Source of the DNA: Orbicella franksi
Lineage: Eukaryota
Direction of reading: 5' to 3'
Assembly: GCA_964199315.1 (NCBI GenBank)
Contig: OZ116706.1
Coordinates: 26,908,001 to 26,972,000 of the forward strand
DNA length: 64,000 nucleotides
A program made the position numbers and the translations under genes. The notes under the pieces were generated by a model, which made no database searches, had not been told where the DNA came from, and saw only the letters and a program-made list of their open reading frames with translations. Position 1 is the stretch's first letter, and each line of letters starts with the position of its first letter. Shown piece after piece: positions 11,811-24,437 of the stretch.

Positions 11811-12752
11811 TTTAATTTAGATTAGAGTGGATTTGTTACTTCTATCAATCCATCAGGTGTCTAGTGATGTAAATTGTACTTAGAAGTGCTTCTACGAGGT
11901 TAGGTGGCATCGCCTGGACATGTTTCCACTTAACAGTATAAAAACTACAATTCAACGGGCTATTGCATTAAAAATGTGCATCTACGCCCTCCCCCCCCCC
12001 CCCCCGGCCTACCCCACTTAAATTGTGGACTGGTCATTCAATCATTTTCTCACTCCTAAAGAAAGTCATTAAATATAGTACAAAAGAAATTCATTAAATA
12101 TGTGTCTGAATACCTACATAATTCCATAAAGTTTCTGGAAATCCCATTACGTTTCACCCATTACTCCCACTGCATTCCTATGTTCCAGCTTAAGAATTCC
12201 AAGATTTTATTCCTCAATGTGAAGGGCGTAGGGGTCCACAATTTCTGAATTTTGATGCAATCTCAAAACTATGGGCCATGAGATGGCCCATAGTTTTCTT
12301 TACACAGGGCGACAGATTGTGAAACCGTGCTGTCTGAGGGTAACCGAAAATAATACATTCTAATATTGACAAGTTTAAGTTCTACAAATAGCAAATATTG
12401 ACAATAAGCTCATTTCCATATGAAATGAGTCAAAAAGTTTTGCACTACACCTCATTTTGCGAGTCTTGGAATTAAAATATTATACATTCCCTTGCGATGT
12501 CTTTACCTTTCTGAGACGTTTTCGTTTCAGTTCATATCCCGTATATGGCTTCATCCTCTACCTGTGCCGTCTACCATAGCAAAGCTAAACCGATAGCTGA
12601 GTTCTTTTTCTTTGCCATTTGCCCGCAGCCAACACAATTTTGTTCAGCGGTGAATAAAATAAAAGAAGCAAGGGACGGGGAGAACTGGAAAGAGTCGGTT
12701 CCGTCTAGGACAGCCTTCCGCGCTCCAGACTAGAATGGATTCTCTATGGCTT

Positions 12753-12923
12753 CTAGCCTGCAAACAGGGTCCCAGCGAGGGCGAAAAAAAATATCCTGTG
12801 AGCGAAGTGACCCGTTTAGTGCGAAATATATATTTTGAGCGAGACGAACGCTCTCCTCGTCACCAGACTGCTCTCGGCTAGCCCCGCTCGCCCTAGACAG
12901 GGAGCCTGTATGTTCGCAGGCTA
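12753..12923. mobile_element. Short MITE-like element
   Basis: TIRs tagcctgcaaac ... gttcgcaggcta. Confidence 0.5.
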
Positions 12924-13208
12924 TATAGCTTCTAAAGCTTTGGCTTTTCAGTCAAGGAGCCTCAACGTTCTTACAAAAAGAGGAATTCTATGATATCGAT
13001 ACCATCACTATGAAAACATAAACTGAACAGTGACAACCAAGAGAAATTCGAGATTAACGCAACGGCTTGTGCTCATGCAAATGTTATCAATAACTTTGAT
13101 GTATCTGCGGGTTCATATTTTTTGCATGTTTAAAAAATCGCAAAACCGCAACGAAGTCAGTTTCAGTTACGGTGGTTTCCGCAAGCTCCCGACCAATCAG
13201 AGTAGGAA

Positions 13209-13372
13209 CAGGGGCGTAATTAGGGGGGGGGGGTCCTGGGGTGCCCATTACCCCCTTTTTTGTGAGCCTTTTAAACAACCTACGGCAGTTGGCGAAATCT
13301 GGTGAGTACCCTCACTTTGACACAGTGTGACCATCCCCCCCCCCTTTTTAAAAATCCTGGTTGCGCCCCCTG
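13209..13372. mobile_element. Short MITE-like element (CAGGGGCG ends, hAT-like)
   Basis: TIRs caggggcg ... cgcccctg, internal G and C runs. Confidence 0.5.
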
Positions 13373-13739
13373 AGAGGAACTTGCGGGAAACATTTGTGAT
13401 GTAAATTACCCAGCATGCAAAAATCCACGGAACTCTTCTTGCCCTAGCCTAGCCTCCTACGCGGACGCTCTTTGGACTCGTCAAGAGGCTAGTCCTGATC
13501 CTAGCCTGAAATGTCAATCAGCTCCACCACCCACCCCCCCCCCCCACACACACACACACACACTCAGCGTAATCCCCCGGGATAGAGACTCTCTCGCCCG
13601 GGGATTAGGTTGAGGGCGGAAGATGACTGGCATTTCAGGCTATTCCTGCCCTTGAGGCGTTCTCAGCAGGAAATGAAAACGTAGTTGAATTTTATCTGAG
13701 TTTCGACCGTCTCCTGGTATAGAAATCACTCCTTGTCGG

Positions 13740-13772
<33 letters not shown>

Positions 13773-14759
13773 AAAAAGGGGAAAAAAAAACTTGCTGTGA
13801 AAGTAAAAACAAACCTGGTTTGGCGTTGCTCTACTGACCACACTCTTCCTCCCGGAACTGCCATTAGGATAATCTAAGGTAATAATTTAAGCCACAAACG
13901 TACTTGCGGTCTGTGAATGCCAAGTAGATTAGTTGTTCCATTCAGACATCCGCTTTCAGGCGGAAGCGAGGTATTGCCCACACCTCATTTCTCGCGCAAT
14001 CACAACTCATCACTGCCAGCCAAAGCCTAACGCAAAAGTTCGAGTCACGTAATCTTCGAGACCGCCATGACAACCTTGTCACGCGAGAACCTTCCAAAGA
14101 ATGCGGCATGGTTACTGGAGGTTGACACTCTTCTAATAACTTTGTTATCGACAGAAAAGAGGATCATTATTTTTAGGATGAATTTACCTTATTACATGTA
14201 AACGGTTTTTTAGTATATAACGAGATGAAGAAAGAGAACTGAGTAGTGAAACTTGCGGATTGACGCCCATAAAAATGTATTTCTGTCAACTGTCAACTGT
14301 TCGGCGTATCAAGAAGACAAGGTTAATGGAAACACAGTTCTTACTGACCCCACTATATATAAGGCGTGGTCAGCTAAAGTCTTATCTTTCGGTACTTAGA
14401 TCAAAATTGGCTAAAAATAAATACGAAAGACAAATAAATAATGCAAAATATTTCCTCGAAAGACTACTTTAGTTTTGAATAGAAGCCTAGGAGCCTATGA
14501 AAAGCGTGAAGAAAAACATGTCTGCAAAGGCAGAAATAAACAAAATAAAAAACTGACTATAAAGAAAGGTAACAATACAATAATGACACTGACCGGAATA
14601 AGGACAAGTGTAATATGGGTCGAACCATCTAAAGGGGAATTGGAAAATGGAAATGAAGTTTGTTTGTTTTGTTTGTTTCTTTTAATTTATTTTCTTTCTC
14701 TATTTCATTTTTTTTTTCTGAAAAATTGAAAACGAAGATTGACAGCTCCTCAAACGTTA

Positions 14760-15150
14760 TTGCAAAGCTGATTTAGATATTAAGTTAGTTTCACTACATT
14801 TAAGGTTACAGACATGTTCAGCGTGAAAGATTCCTTGAGGCAGAGTCTCCGTTCGCGTGTCGTTTATAAATTGACATGTGCTGGCTATAATTCCTGCTAC
14901 ATTGGTGAGACCACTCGCCACATTTGTACACGTGTCGGAGAGCACCAGGAGAGCACCTTGTGTCGGACAGGGCTTCGCATGTTTACAATTCAAGCACTTA
15001 CAGTCATCAGGGACTTGTCGTGACTCGTGCTCTGCAGAATCTTTCACGATTCTAGACTCTCCGGCCTCGAGTTTTCAAGTAAGGTAAGATAAAAGACGGA
15101 AGTGCTGTATATTAAGTGGGAACAGTCCAACTCTAAACCAACCCAGGCAC
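14760..15150 (+). mobile_element. Degenerate Penelope-like retroelement remnant (GIY-YIG endonuclease fragment)
   Basis: SRVVYKLTC...CYIGETTRH..TRVGEH GIY-YIG signature, then a frameshifted FKHLQSSGTC...FTILDS...YIKW segment; frameshifts and stops. Confidence 0.75.
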
Positions 15151-15297
15151 TTAGATTTGTCTCTTCCTTTTTAATTCTTTTTGATTTTTTGTTTATTTTA
15201 TTTTATTTCCTTATTTCTAGATAGATATATACATATACTTCATGAACTTGAACAGAATAAATTTATAGAGCGATCGACTCTGAGAGGAGCAGTGTAG

Positions 15298-15377
15298 ATA
15301 ATAAACAATAGTAGCAAGACTTCAATTCATCGTTTTATTGCAATAAAACGATGAATTGAAGTCTTGCTACTATTGTT

Positions 15378-15383
<6 letters not shown>
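15298..15383. repeat. Perfect spacer-less 86-bp palindrome
   Basis: 15301..15340 is the exact reverse complement of 15341..15380, extending 3 bp on each side. Confidence 0.95.

Positions 15384-15430
<47 letters not shown>
15381..15430. repeat. (TA)n microsatellite
   Basis: About 25 TA units seen directly. Confidence 0.95.
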
Positions 15431-15431
<1 letters not shown>

Positions 15432-18012
15432 TTTTTCTGTTGATGATTGTTTGTGTTGTTCTTTTTTTTGCTGTTAGTGTTTTTGATTCTGCTTCAACTG
15501 CTATTGTCGCGCGCGAAATCCCTTGTTCCCAGTGTATTCCAATATTTATCTTACGGTGTAATTAAAGTAATCATGGATACAGTGAAAATTCAAATGTACA
15601 AGCGTCGAACATTTGCAGCTGAAGTTTCCTTTTTGAAAATTGCTGTCACTCCGCTGTTTTTACCACCATTTGAAAATGAAGTGTTATCATTATCGACTGA
15701 AATTTCGAGAGTATTGCACACGCGCAGATAGCCTGCACCTGGTTTAATTCAATGTCGACTGCTAAGAACCACAGAAATGGACTTTAGCAGATTTCACTGC
15801 AGCGATAACCTTATCGATTCCAGTTAATAAGGTGAGACAGGCGATAACGTCAGATATCAGAATTGTTCATTTATCAGTTTCTCACGGTGACCCTTAGGTG
15901 GTCACGGACCGACAATCTGTTAGTGTAGATATATCGGTAATTGTTGGGTTGTTAATGAATTTTGGTCCATGCAGACGTTTGCAAGCTGCTCCAGTTGCAA
16001 CTGTCTTTGAAGCCGGTGGCTTTACACATGTAGCCTCTTTTCACTACGTGTCTGAATAAAACTGCATTTGCCTGTTCACAGCTGGTTTGATTTCTTATAT
16101 CCCAAATCTTTTCAGATCTTTTCAGAGTCAGACATGATTTGATTATCCTGTGTCTGTCCATTTTATTTAGCTTTATATATATGGTTTGTTTTAGCAGCAA
16201 AACAAAGCTGATTAACTATGAAACGAAGTTTATCCCGAACATCATATGTGCTGTAATGGCTTTTATTGCATTATTAATCACCCAAAGGATTTACTTTATT
16301 TTCGTCCCAAATAATTGAATTTGGCAATTGAGCTCAATTGATTTTACTCGAAGGACTTTAGGAATGCATTGTTCAGAAGCAATGTTTGCTTCTCTGTGTA
16401 TATATTTACTCGTTGTATTAAGTTTTCCTGCTTTACGGTTTGTGGCTGTGTGTTTTTTCTTTCTTCGAGGGAGGTAAAAAGATTAACATCGGTAATTTCT
16501 CAAGTCCTATACAGTGAATTAAATAGTCTCAGACGTTTTTTGATTTTGTAGGCAGTAAACCAGATCTTTCACAGTGTGTAAGAGCTATTAAAACTTTTAA
16601 AAACCCCGAAACCAAACTCTGAAAACAAACAACGACCTGACAAGCTCTAGTGTGCTAGACTACTCCCGACAACTCCAACAAAAATATCTCAAGATAAGAA
16701 TTGTCTCCCCCGGTGTCCAACCCTTCTTTCACTCGAGGACTCGAGCTGGCTGTCCTTTGTTAACAAGGTCAGAAAATTGTGTCTGTTTATAAATACACTA
16801 CAAGAATACTGCGCATAATTGATGTTATTTGTTAGAACAAAAGTCAGCGTTCATTAGTCAAGCCGTTTAGTTTTTGAAACTCAGTCAAGCAAGGAGTTTT
16901 CGTCCAGTGACTACTGAGCGAAGCCTTTCAGATGCACGCCAGCTATCGGGTAAAAAATGTGACATTTGATACTGAAAATCTTCCGTTTTCTTCCAAATTC
17001 CTTCTGTTTCTAAAGAAAACATAAATCTAATTTTAAAGGGATTAACTTAGCCTTAAAACGAATTCTTAGCCAGTCTTATCTATAACGGGAATCCCATCAC
17101 CCGGTTAGGTGAATATTTGGTGTTTTGAGCAAGAGAAGGCACTCCTGTGTGACCGGGGAAATTAAATAGCGCAGCTTTCGTCCATCGGCTGTCATCACAT
17201 CCAACGCAATTCGATACCATTTGGTGTAGGATTCCATCCATCTATTTCTTCTGTCATCGAAAGGTCAGATCTACAGGAGCGTGGCGACGCTGTAAAAGAT
17301 CGAGAGGGAAAACATATGATAGAAGTCGATTAAATCAAGCGTAACACTACCCGGTTATTCGAGAAATTAATTCGACTCTCATTGTTTGTAAACTTTGGAA
17401 GATTCCATGCTGTAGTTGAGTGTAAAGCTTGACGGGTGAGCGGAAAACGCGCGATTCTCCGGCTTTCACAAAACTTGGACAGCATCGGTGGGTTTTTTGA
17501 CTATTTTTGCAATCTTTCAGGTTGAATGAAACACCCATGGCTTTTCATTCGCGTGGAATGTGTTGTGGTTAAATCCAGCTACTTGGAATTTCTGTCTCCG
17601 TCAAAATGCACATAAACTAATCTCTGTACCTCACTACGGCTTCTTTTTGGGTTTTAAGGTGCAAATATTATTCTTGTGTGTTAATCTTGGTGCTTATTTA
17701 AGGCTCAGCTGGCAGAGTACTAGCCGAACAAAGAAACAGAGCCGCGAGGTATAAATATAAAAATTATAGAACAACCGTATGTCATCGATCGGCCCTTCAG
17801 AAGATGGGCGGATATTTGTTAATATTTACTCGTTAACCATTTCCTTTAGCAGCCGAGCCAAGCAAGCGATCGAGGAGTCATCGAGATTGCACGTATTCTT
17901 CTGAAATACAGGGTCTCACTGTAACCGACGCTGATTAATCTCTTTAACCCGTTCTACTTCACAGAGATACTGCGTTGTATAGAGGCTAGTCAGACTATCA
18001 AAGACCTTGGCC

Positions 18013-18192
18013 ATGAACTCAGCAGCGTTTCTTCTTGGTTTATTGCTAATTTCAGTAGCGCTCGCCGCTGGAGAAAACCAACAAAGCGACATTCTGCCGT
18101 CGAGTGAGAGAATCGACAGTGCCGTAGCAGTTGTTGGAAGGGCTTTTGTATATTCTCTGTCAAACCAGGCAGGGCATAAAGACGAATACAAG
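18013..18192 (+). CDS. DAG1: Dystroglycan paralogue 2, coding exon 1 (signal peptide)
   Basis: ATG at 18013, MNSAAFLLGLLLISVALA leader, SAVAVVGRAF, ...EYK then GTAAGT donor (phase 0); same position as in paralogue 1. Confidence 0.88.
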
Positions 18193-21100
18193 GTAAGTGT
18201 TGAGTTGTAAGCGGGGTGCTAACTAAAACGACATACCGACCTTTCTTTTAAATAAATTGTGGGGTAAAATAAATACACATTGATCTTTGTTTCCACACAA
18301 ACGGATTTGTGTTGCGAAATTTATTTGACTTGTTTGATACAGTCCCTACGATAGATTTATGGCACAAGCAATTTCTATTTTTTTTCCGCTTGGCACATGG
18401 CACATTGGGGTTACCTAAAGTAATTCATCCTTCTGCAGAAATAAAGAATGTAATCCTAGCATTTGAATCATTACGAGTATATTGAGTTAGCGCTGAATTG
18501 GCCGCATGCTTGTCACTGCAAATATAATAGCGCTAATACATAAGTGCCCGCAAACACACTGAGTTGTAATTTAGGATGAATAAAACGCTGGCTTGAAAAC
18601 TAACGTGTTTTAAGAACGTGCAAAATTTTTTATTGAGATAGCATGTGACAGCTACGAGGAATGACATCAAAATTCTTGGCGCCGGTTTAGGGTCGGCCAC
18701 GCGTCTGTCAAATTCGCGATTAACCCGCTGAAGCAAGCGTTTTTAAGGACACATTCTGCGGCATATAGCGGATAAGCGCGCGTAAATTTTCTTTATAAAA
18801 CGGCTTCTTCTTGTTCTTTAGCGCCCCGTTGTTGCGGTTTGGCAGAGACAAAAACTAGGGTGTAGAATAGAGATATTAAACCCGCTGAAGTGTCAAATAG
18901 ATGAAATGCAGAGGGCATACCACTCATAGCTAGAAATTCTTTCAAAACCGCGCTCTTATGGTTCGTCAAGGATCTGTTTTATCAATTCATCCGTGACTAA
19001 ATGAGAGACTTGAATGAGACATTGCGATGCTGTTATCAGGCTTGAAAAGGAAGGAAAAGAAAAAGAAAATCTGTTCAGCGATTTGTGTTTTTGTAGTGGA
19101 CAATTCATATTTGTCTGTGTTACATATGACGTCTGGCCTCTGGCAAATACGACTTCCGGACTGATTTAATCTCGCCCAACTCCACCTCGAAAATCAATCG
19201 AAAACAAAACATTGATTACATTTTCCAAATGATTTCTAGGTTGTAAAAATCAATTTCACTGATAAAGAAACAAGTTCCCTTTCTCGTATCTATATAGGCA
19301 GATCTGCTTAAAACATGATTTATAGATGCCGTAATTGAGACTCCATTTGCAAAAAGGATGGTTTTCCATACCCGCGACTTTTTGTGGCTTGCGGTTACCC
19401 TTCTTAACAATTAAACACCTGATGTATGTCGTGTCAAAGGTCCTGTCAAATTAAGGCGTTGTGCGTGACCGCATTGTCGACCACAATTTGACCAAAATTT
19501 TATTATTTCCTTTACTGTCAATATCGGAAATTCTGGAAAGGTCTAATTTTAACAGAAGTGTTTTGAATTTGTCCGCATTTGTTGCATTGTTCCGAGCATA
19601 TATGTATAAATATGTCTGGCTGCTTGCCCAACCCATATCACAAGGGAAGTCCATGTCGAAATCATGGCTTATATGACAGGAAGTATCAACTCAGTAGTTG
19701 TTCCTGTTCAACCCTTGTAACCAGTGTTTGAATAACAACAGAAACTTTCACCAGCGGCATATTTTGACTATTATATTTCAAGGAAATCTGTCGCTGGGAA
19801 TTTGAGTCAATGCTACATTGAATAACTTAAGTGAACGCTTCCTTGTTTCGCATGGTGAAGACACGTCAAGATTTCACATAAATATCAGCTAGAACGACTA
19901 ATTAGCGGATTAGCGCACAAGCAGTTTTTTTAAATTGGTAATGGTATTAGCCATCAGATATAGGTCATATGCTAAGAAGCTGCCATAACTCGCCAAAATT
20001 TAATATCGACCCCCTTCAGATACTTCGTGAACGACAGCAGTTGCGGCAAGATTTATACGATTCTAGGAGTTCTCTATTTTTACTGTTTTAAACATAAGTA
20101 GTATAAGCTTCAAATTGGTACTCATAAAGTGTATCTTTACTTAGCACGTGCATATTTTAGTAACATATTTCTCCACAGAAATGATATTCTAATGGCCAAT
20201 TTCCTACATGCGATGCGCCTACGGGGAATAATGGTAGTTGTATTCATCATCTTGGACTGAATATTTGTTTTGTTGAATACAACTACAGCGGAACTGAACC
20301 CTGCCTTACGGCCACGCCGTTAATACAGCCACCTCTTCATTATAGCCACACTATTCTGGCTGGAACAAAAGCTCGAAGTCAGTTATTTTCTTATTTAAAG
20401 AACCCTTTTAATACAGGCCACTCAGTTAATACGACTAGATTTTTGCAGCCCGTTGGTATAGAGGGAATTGGCCATTGTTCGCCCACGTTCTTAAGGCTTT
20501 ATAGAACATTTTATCTCTCAAAAAAAAAATCAAAGATAAAAATTAAGGAAAATCTTGTGTAATAACACGTGTGTAGACTTGTGTTTTCAAAACGTGATGA
20601 TGAATTTGTCAGAGTCGCGTGTGTTTGACCTAACGAAGGGACCATGTCGCGCGAATCATGTTGAGAAACGTGCCTTGCACGAGACGAATCGCCCTGTGTG
20701 ACAAATTCGGCCATGATCACGCGACTGTGGCAAGCGTTCGCACGTGTAGGTGAACATGAAGGCAAGTCACTGCAAGGTTGTGTCAATGATTAACCAAAAC
20801 ACTTGCAAGAGTTGGGTTATTATGACAAGCAAACTATGTCTTTAAACCCGGATCTACACACTACCTAGACTTGCCACAAGTCGACCTCAAGAGTTGCAGG
20901 GTAGAATAGCTAAGAGAACGAAGCGAGCGCCGAGATTTTACTTCTCGAAGCGGCCGAGCGAGCGATGAATCGAAGTCGCGAGAGTTCCGGCAGGTCATAA
21001 ATAGACAAGACGAAGGACTTTTGTGAAAATCTACACCTTGCCCTGAAATCAGCGACGTCTTCTAACGTTCATGAGGGTGATCAAACCCTAAGAATTTCTG

Positions 21101-21408
21101 TATCCGTCCGTGGTAATAATTAAGTGATCAGCAACCTTTTCACTTGTTAGTGATTGACTCCCTAGCAATCTGAATTATAGCAAGAGAATATGATCGTAAT
21201 CTCTTAGTTATAGTCATTCCAAGGCCACCTCAAATATAACGACTGTGCTCACAGGGTTTCAGACCGACAAGACCCCTTCTCAGGACTGAAGGCCATTCTC
21301 AATCGGATTAGCCCAACGGACAAATTACCCTCATATTTCTTGACGAGCAAGTGAATGTTTTTTCATTGATAAAAGTATTCTCTATCCCTTTTATGTTCCA
21401 CCCACCAG

Positions 21409-21928
21409 GTTGTTCAGAGAGGGCAAGCTTCGTTACCTCAATGGCTGTCTTACATCGAGGAGAAATCTGTGCTGCTAGGCGTGCCGTCATGGCGCGACCG
21501 AGGTGACATTGTCATCGATTTTCAATCAAAGGATGGAAATACGGAACATTCCCTGAACATCCAGGTAAAAGACATGCTTGACGAAGTGTCACAGCCTTCG
21601 CCACGCTCTAACAATACCAAGACTTCTTCTTATTCCAAACCAAAATGTCCCAAGGGGTTACCAGTGGCAGCTGCCTCTATCGTGCTGGACTATCATTTGG
21701 AGAAAGTTACGGGAGAGATGAGAGTCGAGATCATGAACAAAGTAGCTGACTTTGTTGACGTGGATGTGAAAAATCTTCACATGTTAGCGGGCAAGGGACA
21801 CAACACCGCTTTTGGGCTAAAAGATGTGATAACAGTCACAGCAGGGCCAGGCAATGTGGGGGATTCCAAGCAGCCTGGTGTAGTGGTTTCTTGGCAGATC
21901 GGCTGTGGAATTGACATACCAATTGCTG
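21409..21928 (+). CDS. DAG1: Dystroglycan paralogue 2, coding exon 2 (N-terminal CADG + S6-like domain)
   Basis: Acceptor ...cccaccAG; VVQRGQASLPQWLSY...LLGVP...GPGN...VVSWQIGC; donor G/GTGAGT (phase 1). Confidence 0.9.
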
Positions 21929-22452
21929 GTGAGTTTGAAAGTACATTAATGTCTTTGAAACCCTTCATTTATTCGCGGGTCAAAGTGATAACTCTCTATA
22001 CTTTCTGAGAATTTATTGCGGTATCAGTTCAGCGATCGATAAATTTCTTGCAAAGAAACCGCGATAGGAGGAATCGCAAAGGGACTGGGAACAACAGCTA
22101 CGACATATGATACATTTAATTTCTTTTTTTTTTTCAAACCTATTTTCATGTAACGTGGTAGATAAATTTCCACTCAAAGGAACTATAAGGAGCTAATCTA
22201 GCTTATAACACAGGGGCTCGTTTTAGCGGGGTTCTGTTCCACTGTTTTGGCGGCTGTTTTGGCCGGACTGAAGAATATCGTTCGTTATTTCGGAGACTTT
22301 GTTTTAAAGGAATTCGTTATATTGGGTTCCAGGTCAAGTTATTTTGAACCATGGGACTCTTTCTTGATTTTTACCTTTCTCCACTCTCAAGTTTCTCGCA
22401 AGTGCACTGAAAAAACACATTTTAAACTCGAATTGTTTTCATGTTTTCTCAG

Positions 22453-24437
22453 GAGTACGAATAGCTTCTTTCCTCAAATCCAGTACAGAGACGGGATCCT
22501 TTGGTCCAGTGCTTGGTCTTCCTGTGACTGAGTGGCACGTATCCATTGGTTACCCCAAACAGCCTCGACAGAGAGCCCACAGGCAGGTGGTTCAGGACAA
22601 AACTCCTAAAGTTGTCAAACGATCAACAAAACGAGACGTTCGAGCGATCCAAGCGACTCCAACACCGACCTTGACTGTGGCACCTCCCACGTCTGTTGTC
22701 GCTAGTGTCACGATAACTGTTACTAGAACAAGCTCGGTGGCTCCGACCTCGACTGTGGCACCGACTACAACTTCGGTGGCTCCAACGACCACCGAAGAAC
22801 CGACAACACCTACTACTACAAAGCCACCGACCACTACCGAAGAACCGACGACAACGGAGACACCAACCACTACGAAGCCACCGACCACGACTGAAAAACC
22901 GACTACTGCCGAAGAACCGACGACTACGAAGCCACCGACCACTACCGAAAAAACGACAACAACGAGGACACCGACTACTACAGAGCCACCGACCACGACA
23001 GAAAAACTGACTACTACCGAAGAGCCGACGACTACGAAGCCACCGACCACGACAGAAAAACCGACTACTACCAAACGACCGACCTCTACCGAGCCACCGA
23101 CCACAACCGAGAAGCCGACGACAACTGAAGAGCCTACCACGACTACAAAGCCGGTAGCCGCATCGGCAAAACCGACTACACCCGAACAGACGACGACAAC
23201 AGAAGCACCAACTACAGAAACGACGACCACAGATGAGATACTGATCACCACAGAAAGACCAACACCATCTGAGAAGCTCAGTACCAGAGAAGCACCCGCC
23301 ACAGAAAAACCTAATCCACAAGTCCTTAACCATATTGATCGTATAGATGTTTATCGCGGTCAAGCGCGTATGTACCACATACCCGTGGATACATTTTACG
23401 ATCACCAAGACTTCTACACACCTAATCTGACGCTGTCGCTGAAAACGAATCAGTGGAAGCCGTTGTCCGAGGTGCCTTGGATTAAATTCGATCCTGAAAA
23501 GCAAGTAATCTCTGTCTTTGCTGTCGACGAGGGAGCTATCGGAATTCACGAGTTTTTCCTCGTTGCTGCTGACAGTGATGGAGAAGAAGGCTATGACGCT
23601 TTTGAAGTGAACATCTTGAGTGATTCTTCTGTTTCTTACAATCATCGATTTAGCCTTAAACTTGACTATGATTATAAGACCTTCTCCAGCGACTTTAACG
23701 TCAGATTACAGCTGCTTTCCAAACTTGCGGAGTATTTTGAAGTGAACTCCAGTAGTGTGAGAATTGTCTCGTTCACTGAGGGCTCCGTGATCTCTAAGTT
23801 CCAGTTCGATTCCTCTACCGTCCCATTCGACGACTGCGATTTTCCACTCAGGGAAAAATTTGTCTCTGAGGATGTCGACGAAGATGGCGACAGTGTGAAT
23901 CCTGATCTTAAGAAAGCTCTTGAACCCGATTTTCCAGTCCAATCTGGTTCGTATGAAGGCCTTGGACCTTGTAAGGGTGGCGATGGAGTGGCGGTGACGA
24001 AACAGCGATCGGGTGTGTCGAAGACGTACATTATCATTCCAGTGGTGATCTTAGCAATTGTGTTATTGATCATCGGCGCTTGCCTGTTCGTTATCATACG
24101 CTCGCGACGCCAGCGAAAACTTTCGCTGGAAGATCAGAAACTTTTCGTGGATAAACGCAAACCGGCCGTGCTTCAGGAAGAATATGAAGTCAAAGAAAGG
24201 TTACTTAAACAGCCTCTTGTCCTGCCAAACGAGAAGCCACCCCTTTCCCCTCCGGTGCAGCCGCGAAGTCCGTCCTTAAAGCACTCAGGCAGCGACCCAC
24301 CTCCATCGGCCGGGTACCAGGCTCCCTCCTTCACTTCAAGCAGACAGCCAAGTATTCCAGGAACTCCCAGTAGCAACAGCCCTCGAAAGCCAGGATATTC
24401 AGGTTACCGGCTACCCCCGGCATATGTGCCCCCGTGA
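22453..24437 (+). CDS. DAG1: Dystroglycan paralogue 2, coding exon 3 (mucin, CADG, SEA, TM, PPxY tail)
   Basis: Acceptor tgttttctcAG in phase (G/GA GTA); 642-aa ORF continues to TGA; TM YIIIPVVILAIVLLIIGACLFVII; LVAADSDGEEGYDAFEV. Confidence 0.94.
22821..23144 (+). repeat. Coding minisatellite, 6 x 54 bp (18-aa unit KPPTTTEKPTTTEEPTTT) in the mucin domain
   Basis: Units start at 22821, 22875, 22929, 22983, 23037 and 23091. Confidence 0.9.

Larger units (their letters stand above)
18013..24437 (+). other. DAG1: Gene model: dystroglycan (near-canonical paralogue 2), 894 aa; join(18013..18192,21409..21928,22453..24437)
   Basis: 180+520+1985=2685 nt open frame. Signal peptide, CADG, S6-like domain, AIQATPTP, Thr-rich mucin, CADG (DTFYDHQD), SEA with G/SV, TM, GYRLPPAYVPP. 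Confidence 0.93.

Noticed and set aside
22592-24097. Long minus-strand ORFs (236, 340 and 141 aa) with Val/Gly or Arg/Cys repeats
   Set aside because: Antisense shadows of the mucin minisatellite and DG exon; no independent start context or domain.
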